Origin: Hydrolagus colliei
Taxonomy: Eukaryota
NCBI GenBank assembly: GCA_035084275.1
Contig: CM068750.1
Location: 9,548,001 to 9,612,000, forward strand
Reading direction: 5' to 3'
DNA length: 64,000 nt
Part shown: one piece after another, positions 12,781-24,368 of the stretch
Layout of the letters: each line of letters opens with the position of its first letter
Position numbering within the stretch: position 1 is the stretch's first letter
Program-made: the position numbers and the translations under genes
Notes under the pieces: model-generated
Database searches by the model: none
What the model saw: only the letters and a program-made list of their open reading frames with translations
What the model was told of the DNA's origin: nothing

Positions 12781-15700
12781 AAACTCATCAAAATTGCAGA
12801 ATGATAGTTAATCCACAAGAGATTATCTCCCTTGAAAATGGTTGGATCAAGAGTATCAGAAATGCCATTTAATCCATACCCCAAAATAGGCACTTGTGTA
12901 GTACTTTATGAACCTTTTAAATAAACATGTTAAATAGTAATATTAACAAGCACAAAATTAGGCACCAATGCATCAGTCACACTTGACATTTGAATATGTA
13001 AGGAGCTGCAATGTTCACAGATGTATTTCAAAAACATCGCTAATCCAGGATAGCTAACCCAGGAGCAAATTACAACAACACAAAGTAAAATAATGGGGAT
13101 GAAGTCTGACAATCCTCGATAATGGCCACTTGAGTAGGATACTAGAGGAAGAGAAAACTTGGTTTGACAACCCCCCCCATCCCATTAATTTTTGGACAAA
13201 CAAGTTCTTCCCACATCTACAACTTGAAATCAGTTGCTGCAGGCAAACAAGAAGCATTAGTGGTAAGAAAAAGAAAACACCGTACATTTCTCCCGTCAGA
13301 AGCTTCTGACAGTTTTCTCTCATCACGGGTATCATCAAACAAGGTGGGTACCACGCCATCTAGGTGGCAACCCTCCGTCAGACGATCACTTCATCTCAAA
13401 ATCCTGGGAGAGGTTTGATAGCATGCATTTCAAGTTTGACCTTTTGCAGGGTTCAACCAACTCCGGTTTGATAGACACAAGCAGATAAATGACTGGACTG
13501 AATTAGAATTTTGCCACTCCGTGATCTCTCATTTCACCTGGTTTGCCAAGCCACCAAAGCCATGGCCTATCAAACTTCTTGGGATGAAATAACAGGAGCA
13601 TCAGGGACAGAAGATTAGTCCGATGATTCTGCTGCTTGGGTTGTCCCTAGCGAAACGTCATGCCAGTCTAAGGTTAGACTGGCAGTGAGTGAGATTCCAG
13701 GCTCACTTCTAAACATGTTCATAAACACCTTTGAGTCTGGACCTGGTTTTAAATAAAATAAAAAAACACATGTAGTTTTCCTTGGCATTCCTTTGGGATA
13801 AAAATAATTTAAAAAAATTAACACTTGGAAACTTGCTTGGAAGTTTCCATCATCAATGAATTATGGTTTAAATAATTGAGTGTTTCAACAGATCACTGCA
13901 TGTGACAAGATAAAAAGTAAACAGTGCGAGAGGAAAGATCCAGGTCATAAAGTAACTGAAGTAGCACCCTTCTGTAAAGCACATCAACATACACACATGA
14001 CATAAAACCAGTCCACTTTCCATTCTTATAGAGCAGACACTAAGTATGACACTGTATCCAGTTTATTAATAAATTGCACTTTGAAATGTGTTCCTGACGT
14101 GAAAAGAAATGTAAGGATCATTCTAAATTAACCATATCTTATGGTCTGAAGAAAATTTATGTTACAATAACATCAGCATACTGATAATAGATGGGCAATG
14201 CCTAATATATTGCTGAAAACCCCACAGAGGTGATATGTGTATGTATAGTATTTACTGAGCTTTCGGTCTGGCAGTTGTATTGAAGTTTTGTAAATAACAA
14301 AGGATTATTGCAGGAAAAAGTTCCACTGTCAAAAGCTCATCATTACAATCTGTTCCATGGTTAGTCATAGATAATGAAACATGGCACTTGGGCCTCGCAA
14401 TATTTCAGCTCTATTTACCTGAATGACATTAAGCAATATGTGCTACAAGCATGATATTTAAGGTGTGGCTTCAAAAGTAACAAATTATATTTCTTCTGAA
14501 GCGTTTAAAGGAAATCAACAGCAAAAAGACAGAGTCAGTGCTTGTGCTATTAAAAGCATGCTTGCACCATCTGTGCATAATATGAATTGATTTTCTTTAA
14601 ATAATTGCAAATATGTTTCTCCCACGTTTTTCTATAGGTCAACAATAGCAAGCTCCTTTAACTGCACATATCAGTTATATTCAACTCACACTGGGTAACA
14701 AACAATGATTTTGCATTTGCAAGTTGGAGCTGCCTATTAGCAAGAACGTCTAGTTTTAGAATTGTAGAATCCTATTACCTTAATTACCTTACCCTTCGAA
14801 AGGGTAAGGACAAGGAGACATGGGGGAAAAAAAAATCTCATCTTCACTACTGCAATAGATTTTAATGTCAGCAACTCCAAAGTTAGCTCATTACCAACCT
14901 TTCTGATCTGAAGCCCTGATTAGTCTGAGCAGAAAAAAAATTAATCCTGTTAACTTTATACGTGAAGGAAAAAAGGTGTGAAATTTTCAGTTAGCTGTGT
15001 GTCGGTGTAATAATTGCATTTTTGTGTCAAACTAAAGGAAGCTGGCTGCTCCTTAAAAAAAATGACTGTGGACTTCTTCAGTCCAACAATGTTGCAAGCA
15101 TTTTGAGAGAAACAATGACAAACCTGATCTGCTGTAAAAAGCATATAATGACAAATATACAAATTACAGTTATAGATAAGTGGGCAGTATGGCTCCTTAC
15201 ATTTTATTCCATTGAACTTGATATCAGTGAATTACAATGTAAATATCAAAAGTGGAGTGAAAATATCAAGGTGTCATTCTTGTGCTCTCGGTAATAATGT
15301 AATAATGTTTCTTTGTGTAAATGTTCCTTTTTTTCGCTCCACCCTCCTATTTTCCTATTATTTTTCAGCACTTGCAAGGAATGAAAAGAACAATACCTGA
15401 TTGGCAGTATAATCTGCTTTGAATTTCACTTATGAGAATGAGTCAGATAATTCACAGGAGCCGCAGTACTCGTTAGTTATGCATTCTTGTTCACTCCTGA
15501 ATGGCAAATTATACTGTCAACCACATTTTCCTACGATTTTTTTTCTCTTTGCTTTCTCCCCTCCTTCCCACACCCTCTCAAAAATTCTCACCTCAAAGCA
15601 GTCAGATGGAAGTACAGGTGAGCAAACAGTGAAATTCTTGCCCGGCTTGGAATTCCAAGTCGATGTTCTCAAGCCAATGGAAAATATTGTTCTACAAGAC

Positions 15701-18229
15701 GTAATATAGCCCGAGGTAATACATGAGACATCCAACTGCAGTGACCAACAAGAAATTGACAAAACTCATCACAAGTCCATCCAAATACTATATGTAACTA
15801 CTGTAATATGTTTTATTCATTCACACCTTCTCTTCACCCCCACCCCCCCACCCCAACCACTCTTTCTTCCAATTCCCATCTACTGCTTCTCTTTCCCTGA
15901 ATGCCTCTTGCTTCCTCACAGAGGGATGAGCAGGCAGGCAAGGCTGTCAACGTCTTCCTCACCACCCTCACTAAAACTATTTGATTAACCTGACTGTGAA
16001 TGCATTTTGCAGTTCCAAGATGGTCCCTTTGTCAAACCAGCCCACTGTCCAGCAGCCTTAGTGAGAGAATTGGCAAGACCTACCTTGGTGGGGTGGATAA
16101 GTTTGAAGGATGGTCAAGGATGCATACAAATAACACAACACAGCACAGTTCCACCATGCTAGGTTACTTCAACACTGTTTAAGCTTTGTATCAACACGCT
16201 TTGCTTTTCCACCACACTTTAACAAATCACAAAGGCTCGCTGATGACTGGCAACAGAATATTCTCACTGCCCGCAGGGTGCATCTTGAATATTTTTTTTA
16301 CTATTTCTCCGAATAATAAATGGAAGTGGGTGGGGGATAGAATTGATAGTGCATGAGAGGGTACACGAGAGGAAGTGGAAAAATAAATAGAAGATTCTCT
16401 CTTCAACTGGATTGCTTAAAACTCACAGAGACAATAAGTGAGATTCATTAGGCTATTTGTTACTGGCATCTGCCATGATCCAAAATGAAATACTAAATGT
16501 TTCATGGTTTCAAGAAAGGGCAGTATTTGTCTTGGTGCTAGAAATCTCTCAGTGGGAGATACTGTGACTTGTAACTGCTATGAGAGGGAGTGATGGATGT
16601 AGGGGGAGGGTGGTACCAGCTGAACTGTGATGGTTTAATATCATCATCCTCCTGTCAGCTGTAATAGGCTTCTCCTCTCAGAAATAATTCATAAAGCTGC
16701 TACATTATATTCAGCCCATGACATTCACCATCCATCCAGGAACCCAGCAGGCTCAGAACTAATAAGAAAATATATGGTTCAGAAACTCTAAAAAATTAAA
16801 CAGGTAGTTTATGAACAATTTGTTTCATAGGGATGTTTATTATATTTATTGAATATTGTACCTCTGATGTGTTTTTCCCTACTGCATATGAAAGAGCAGA
16901 AATGCTGACTTTCAGAATGCCTCACTTTTTTATACTTCCAAAATCATATTTTACAGCTTATAATGGATACAATAAATGTCCGTGTTATAATCTTGACTTT
17001 TATGCATTTAGTTTGGTCCAATACCCACTGCCAAGTAGGCAGAGATAAAGGGCTTTAGAGGAAGTTGGAAGTCTCAGTATTTGTTTTTCCTATTTTATGT
17101 GGTGTGAAAAATCTACCCCCTAGGGAAAAGGCAAATAAACTTGTTCTTGTGTCAAGCATAGACTAGAGGTTGTTTTATTACTCAAAATGTGAACAAAAAT
17201 ACTGAACCCAGAGGTCAGTACTTTAAGCTTGGGAAATCCCTACTGCTCACACAAAAATAAACCTGATAAGTGCACACTATTTGCATACAGTAAAAAAAAC
17301 ATGAATGCAAAATCCCATATCCAATTCGCTTCTGAGACCTGAAGCGATGGAAAACTATTTTTTTTGTAAAAAGACTTAACTGACACAAGTAAAACATTAC
17401 CTGTCATGTTTTTACAGACATTTTCCCATTCGCTGTGCAATCTCATGATACGTCGCAGGTAGTGTTAGTGTCACATTATGTATGGAAAGTCTCATTTAAT
17501 GTGGTTACGTTTACATTTATGTCAATTTTATCTGAGGTCATTTTATTCCATCTACGTCTTTTTATACCCTCGTCAGTGCCCCATCCCTTAACAAGCTCCA
17601 TGCTCTGGCAGCTGGAAGCAAAGCTTTTGATGGGTCAAAACTGTAAATTACATTTGGAATAATAAGTATGTGGAGTGAGTTGCAGGCTGTAATCTAATAG
17701 AGGAATAGGTGATGCCTTATAGTGAAGAGCAAAGCTTGAGTGGTTTATAAATGCTAACTGAACCCCAACAGAAGCTTACAGCCATCTAACTCATTCACAG
17801 ATGCATTTTCTACACAATGTTTTGTGTTGAATTACAAAAGGTAAAAAAGAGCATATGCTCCTAGTCAGACAACTGATTTCCAGTCTGTTCAGAGTTAGTT
17901 GATGGCAGTCATAGCAGCAGTTCTGGGCCACTACAGTTGTGAATTGATTGAGGGAGAATATCATCAGTCTGTTTTGCACACCAAATACATGGCATGTAGA
18001 CTGCAAGGAAAATTCCTTCCGGCCTGTATGTTGTTGAAGTGAATGTCAGCTTTATGCAGCCAAGTCTCCATAACTTCAGGTTTCAAATCTACCCAATCCT
18101 GCCAGGAGCAATGACTAATGTAAACAATGGACTTAGTGCTTAATGTGCCAATAAACTCAGTTCTCTTGCGCCTGCAAAGGTCCTGGTCCATGTAAACATG
18201 AATGTTTGCACCCAAGCTGAGGGTTGGAT

Positions 18230-18610
18230 TCCAGAGGGATGGGGGCCAAGAGGGGGTGGGTTTGAGGAGATGGCACGGTAAACAGAAAGGTCTTCAGGTA
18301 GACCTTGACGGAGATGGGGAAGGGGATGCTAGGATGGGGTTTCAGGGAGTGGAATCAGAAAGGCTGAAGACCAAACTGCTGATGGTAGGGTAGGCAGGAC
18401 AGTGATGCAGAGCAGACTGCCTAGTGGAGAGGGCAGGCAGGTTGGTAGTGGTATGGAAAGTCACAGATGTAGGGTGGAGTGAGACTAGAAGGATTTAAAA
18501 ATAAGAATAAGGATATGGAACTTTATCTCGGGAATGGAGAACCAATAGGGCTGTAATGATAGGCTTGGGGAGCCTTGTGCAGGATACCCTACAGAGAAAT
18601 ACGATTTGGA
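18230..18610 (-). mobile_element. L2 LINE ORF2 3' fragment (old)
   Basis: Purine-rich plus strand with GGATTTAAAAATAAGAATAAGG...GGGAATGGAGAACCAATAG and GGGAGTGGAATCAGAAAGGCTGAAG; the reverse strand resembles decayed L2 motifs LHWLP..I.FKIL and AFS..AP..WN.LP. Confidence 0.55.
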
Positions 18611-18985
18611 ACAGGTTTACATAATGTACTTTCTCATTTAAAAATAGTGATGCCGAGAAGCTTTTAAAGAAATAACAATTAGAAAGTTATTTGGATACAA
18701 TATTGAATTATGATATTATCTTTAAAATAATACTTTTATTGTACTCCTCAGTGTCAAGGTAGTTCACACAACAGAACACCTACATGCAGTTCTCCAGCAG
18801 ATTAATTCTACAAGGAGTTTTGAAGCATATTTATAATAAGAGAAGACAAGGCTGCACTATCTAAAGGGCACAGACATAAATTCACATCTTCAATGCAAAA
18901 CATAAACTTCCACAGACATCTGACAAAATAGAAAGTCATTGGTGACTTCAAACTGAACAAAACCTGTAATGGTATCCTGTAAATA

Positions 18986-19378
18986 AGGACTTGCATTTTT
19001 GTATCACCTTATCATGTTAAAATGTCTCAAAGCAATTCAAAGGTTCAATTATTTCTATCAAGTGTAGTGACTGTAATTCATGGTAACTATTTGTGACAGC
19101 AAGTGCCCACAAGCAGTCAATTTATTGGCCGAGACATCAGTGTTTCCATAAACCCCATTCTCTTTTTAAATAATATCAACGGATCCAACACTCAGATGAG
19201 AAGCCAGATGGGATCTTGATTGGATGAAGCATCCAAAAGAAAACACCATCCACAATATAGCACTCCCCCCAGTACTAGACCAGTGTATGAGCCTGGACTA
19301 TGAGCTCATAAGTCCCAATGTGGGGCTAAAACTCATAATCTTTGATGCAGAGAGAACAATGCTATCAATTGAGGCAAA
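18986..19378 (-). mobile_element. Deu-domain tRNA-SINE (SacSINE1-like), near full length, diverged
   Basis: Plus strand reads tail CTTGCATTTTTGTATCACCTTATCATG, Deu-domain remnants (CAGATGGGATCTTG...CATCCAAAAGAAAACACC...GCACTCCCCCAGTACT) and head GCTATCAATTGAG. Confidence 0.75.
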
Positions 19379-19528
19379 CTACACCAAGTCCCGCTCTCTA
19401 CAACTACAGTATAATGCTAATAAAATAGAGTAATAGATAACTAGGTAGGTACAATAGCACAGATCAGGTTATACACTATCTGTAAATTTCTCAAAATATA
19501 CTGTGTTACAAGTTGAATTTCAAAGTGC

Positions 19529-19674
19529 TGAGTAGAGTTCTGACGAAGGGTAGTGGACCCGAAACGTTGACTCACTTTTCCTTTCTCCACAGATGCTGCC
19601 TGATCCACTGAGTGTTCCCAGCGATTTCTGTTTTGTTTCAGATTTCCAGCATCTGCAGTATTTTGTATTTTTTT
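19529..19674 (+). mobile_element. Penelope-like element terminal (pLTR-type) fragment
   Basis: CTGACGAAGGG...CCCGAAACGTTGACTC...CTCCACAGATGCTGCCTGA...GATTTCCAGCATCTGCAGTATTTTG plus T-rich end; recalled as the Penelope-derived end abundant in cartilaginous fishes; internal inverted repeat CAGATGCTG/CAGCATCTG. Confidence 0.75.
19535..19573 (+). ncRNA. Minimal type I hammerhead ribozyme motif
   Basis: Helix I GAGUU(19535-39)/GACUC(19569-73); core CUGACGA(19540-46) plus one extra A; helix II GGGU-agugg-ACCC; GAAA(19561-64); palindromic AACGUU in place of helix III; predicted cleavage after GUU at 19568. Confidence 0.7.
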
Positions 19675-22600
19675 CGCTGAATAGGCTAGTTTCCTCCCAT
19701 ATATCCAATCTGTGCTTCTCTTAGTTAGAAATATTCTGTGGCCCAAAATATTTTTGCTCATGTTCAATAACATAATTTCACAACAGGCACTGGTTTGGAT
19801 TCTGTCAGTTCCCATTCAAGCCATTACACAAAGCTCCACATGGGAGGAAAGCAATTCAACCTGGATGAGTCACCCTGCTTAATATGAGTCTTGTATTGGC
19901 TGATGACCCAGTGTTGCTAATGATGGCTGTGAAGAAATTCACACTCCACAAAAGCCCTGTCCTCCCAGCTGGAGTCTGTGGGTAAAAAGCGCTGAAAGGA
20001 GGCAAATAAATTCACTTTGTTTCAAGATATAAAAATACAATAAAACAAATTACTTATCTGATAAGCGGGTATTATTGTGTACAGATGTTTAATATAAATG
20101 TGTGCGTTGCTGCTTGAAACTGTTGATATAAAATCTCCATTGAATGAATTCAAACGCTGGTTTCCGGTTTCCCTTTGACACTTTGAAAATGTAAACCCGA
20201 GTAACTCTAAGAGCAGAATGGACTCGTCTGTCACTAGCCTTACCCAGTTAATATTCGCTCACCTCACAGAATGCAGGATGCACAACTCCACAGCAGCTGG
20301 CAGACACAAGCAGGAAAGAAACTGTTCTCTGGTGGCACCAGGCAACATTTGAGGTCAGTCCATCAGCTACAAAGTGACAAAAAAGAAGAATGGTTTTGTT
20401 TTGTCAATATCCTGTGTGTTTTTCCACCTCCATCTTCTATAGAGAGCTCACATGACTGTTCGACAGAACGTCAAAAATGAAGGCAAGTGGTAAACAGATA
20501 ACTGGAACAATTATGAAACTGATGACAGCACTCAAAGATTGAGGAAGGGCAATGCCAGGTGATGGCGAACTATCAGATGCTGGAAACAGATGACCTTACA
20601 AGCTGAATACAAAATTTTCTGCTTAAACAAAGATTAAATACTTGCGCTGGTAAACAGTGTTTTCTGTTAACAAAGAAAAATGCAGGTGTTTTGTACTAAA
20701 CTGATGAAAGCAGGTTCTAATAGAGGATGGAGTTCCATTTGAGCAATAATACTGTATAAGTGTATCAAGAATAGGCTCTTGATTGAAGGATAAACTAAGC
20801 CCTTTAAATGGCCCAGCTTCCCCTCAATAACACACTTGCTTGTTATCACTGTTCAATTATATCTTCAAACCTTGAATAAAATGGGCCATATTTTTGTATT
20901 TAAAATGCTGCTGGTTTTAAGTCAGACTGAAGGCAACGCAGAGCAAGGCTGATCATGTCTCTGCAGCGTCTTAACTGCTAAGTCGGAAAGGACAGCAAGG
21001 TGGAACCAAACTCTGAATACTTTCAGTTTATTGTGCGAATGGGAGAGAGCTGAGTTTGAATCTTATTTTAGAGTGGATAAAACTCAGTCTCCTTTCAGTG
21101 CATGGACTAGATAACTGCTGAATAGAGACACAATAATGATTTAATTAGTAACCAATTACAAACAGAACTCAGTTATTAATACATTTAAGTTATCTGGCTG
21201 TCATAATTTTCAGTCACTGGGGAAATCATGGAACATGAACTTCCCAATGCATGGAGAACTGCAGTTGTAACAACAGATAGCATTGTTCACGAGAGATATG
21301 AGAGAAAGGGGTTATTTTAAGAAAATGATTCCAAATGGTGTTTTATTTTCAATGGCCTATTATTCATTTTTATATCGTTGCATGCAAACCAGCCCTGAAC
21401 ATTATAGATATGAGAATTTCATTTACTTGGTGCTCGTCTTTGAAGGTTCATAGTTTGGCTGTCTACAAAGTCATATCCTGAATCCGAGCCATGATCCGCA
21501 GGGTTAGTTCACAATTTTCCAGAACACATAGCCATGTTCTGCACCACATAAGAAAATAGATGCATATTCACTTCTACATTATCATTACATGCAGATGCCC
21601 CAATCTCTGCAGAACTACTCTACCACACTAGAAAATTAGATAGGTCATATTTGTGTAACCATTACGACCGTGCAAATAAGTATGCAAACTCAGATTCCCT
21701 TTGGAGCTTTGAGTTTTATCAGCTTTCACTCCCAACATACAACTGTACATACACCCCCACCCACCATTAAAAAAAAGTATAACATCTACATATTAAAATA
21801 TAATTACATTGTTTAGACAGAGACACAATCTTATTACAAATACAGCACTTTTATATTCGGTTACATATCAGCATGTGTATAAGATATGCTTATTCGCATA
21901 CATCTTACACCCAAACACAGTGTGAAACGTCACAAGGCTTCAGCTCAATGAATGGGGGCTAGATAAATAGTTATGGATGATATTACACTACAAAATGAAA
22001 CAACTAGATCTGGAGCAGTCTGGAAGTGGAATGCTGGGTTCTGTCTCAGTTCACTTGTGGTTGAATCTGCTTCAAATGGAATTGGAAACCCTGCTGCCCT
22101 TAATGCGATAGTTTGACCAATGCTTACCCATGCTACTAAGTAAAGCATTTCACTTCACTTCATTGGCAAAGTGTGCCAGCAGGGAAGAGTAGACGGGGGG
22201 GGGCTGAGAAGGAGATTGACAAGGGGGTCCAACTGGCAGTGTGATGCACATCTCTTGTTAGATCATCACAGGGCACCGTTGAGTGCAACTGTGAGGGACT
22301 CTGTAGCCCCCTGGCTTTTAAGTGAAATGTGTGATGGTGGAGAAACTAAAGAGTGGGCATATAATGGGGGAGCACTGCACTACAATAAATCAAAACTTAA
22401 AGAGGAGAAAAAAATCGTAATTGTAACTGTTAGGAGCTGAAAAAAATCATACCACCCTAATAACCAGTGGAGGAAATGTAGATGTATAATTAATCGCTAT
22501 ATTAAGAGCCTTTAATTAGAGCTATGTTGACGACTTCCCAATGAACTGAACTATCAGTGCGTGACTGCAAGTTACAAATGACAGGTGAAAAGAGGCAGAG

Positions 22601-24093
22601 AGTTAATCTTCTAGAAGAGCTGTCACATCTTTTTCAGATCTTGAAATTAGGATTGCACACAGAAAGGAGGGAACAACCATTAAATGACAGCAATGCGAGT
22701 GTACTTGGTAAATATCTGGAGGGTGTAAAGAATGCTACTCAACAGGGGAATATAACTGTGATTTGAATACAAGGTCTGATTTCAGTGACAGCAGGGGAAA
22801 CTTGTCATCAAATGCTGTATGTGGTTATGTAATACCAAATAAAGCTTTCTGCAGACATCTGTTTCTATCACATTGGTATTCAGATTATTAATAATTTAGT
22901 TTGCTCACCCTTTCAAGCCACATCGTCCAAAACTGTCCTTATGTGTACAGACCAAAGTGACAAAACGTACCTTGGAAAATCGTAGTACTTAATAATATAT
23001 AGAACTATTACTGATCTATGATGTTTGTGTGCCGAGTTAGCTTTTTTGTCAAGGAGCTCTCCAGACTGAGTCAAAAAAGTGTTTATTACGGGGGATTGAT
23101 AGACTTTCTAAAGAGCTGCCAGACAGCCCTGCCAAAATGGCCAGTTGTGGGAAATCCAAGGGCTGAACACAATTAATCTGTTCTGCCAAAAAGTCCTTCC
23201 CCCCAAGGTGCTGCTGACCCTAAACATGACCAGCCTCCCTGTCATCACGTTCTCCACAGGTATGATGACTTGTGCGGAAAGATGTTGCACATATGTGCAT
23301 TGGCCGCAACATAGCAAGAAAAACATCTACCTTAACACTTGTGGGCTGGCTGAAAAGTCTCCTCAGATTGCAAGGTTTTGCAGTCGGGTCTTTTTTGCTG
23401 TGTATAATTAATTCATCATTAGATGCTTTTTATTTATGCACATCTATATATCTCACAGCTTTGTTTTTAAAAGTCTCTCCATGCCGTTGACAGGCACACT
23501 CTATAAAATAACAGCACGTGCATGATAAATATTATTTTTGGCTTGTATAATGTAATCATGATTTTCCTCCTCCTCTCAAAGGATATTTAGCTGGAAAGAT
23601 CCCGTGAACATGAAGAAGTTATTTATCAGATAGCTCATGTAGCAGAAAGAGTTTTTTTGGGTGGGAGATGGTTAAGTCATGTCTTGGTAAAGAGGTTTCT
23701 CACTTCCAAAGTAAATGGTGAAATTTCTGTGTATTCTGTTTCAAACTCTCAAGGGCATAGTTAATTGTAAAAATAACAAACAAGCCCAAGGAGAAACAAA
23801 GAAAAACCTGATACCTGGGAAACAATAGGAGACTTATAAAAAAAAATTGTTCTTAAAAATTGTGGTTTGAGATAATATCTAATGGTTGACAATAAAATGC
23901 ATTCATGCAAAATGCATGCATTAAACCTTCTTCTAGATATAGTCATGAAGGTTCACACTTGACAGGTTGCTTCAAAGCCAACAACCATATTCTTTTACCA
24001 GCAGCTGACACAAAGCAATTAGTGTAAAAAAGTCCTATCTTTGTCTTCTTTGTGCTGTTAGTACAGGTGTGATACTGATACAGTTTTAATGAC

Positions 24094-24368
24094 AATAATA
24101 GTAATAATCCTTACATTTGATATGGAGTCTATGAATATTGGAATGTCTCAAAGCGCTTTGCAGTAATTACAGTTCTGACAAAATACAATGACTGTTTTTG
24201 TAGTCAAACAGGACCTTGGTGTACTGTCTCATTCAAAGGACAGCACCTCTGACAATGCAGTTGAGTGTCACCCTAGACTATGAGCTCAAGTTCCAATGTT
24301 GAATTGCTTGAACCCACAACTTTCTAACCCAAAGCTTGGCCGTGTTGATAACTGAACTGGACTGACAG
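24094..24368 (-). mobile_element. Deu-domain tRNA-SINE, internally deleted
   Basis: Tail AATAATCCTTACATTTGATAT...CTCAAAGCGCTTTGCAG joined to Deu domain GTCTCATTCAAAGGACAGCACCTCTGACAATGCAG and head CTTGAACCCACAACTTTCT (reverse B-box). Confidence 0.75.

Noticed and set aside
13295-13310. Perfect 16-bp palindrome GTCAGAAGCTTCTGAC
   Set aside because: About one such palindrome is expected by chance in 64 kb.
20700-20880. Possible very old minus-strand CR1 fragment
   Set aside because: Only a vague resemblance (GAGTTCCA...); no motif could be translated convincingly.
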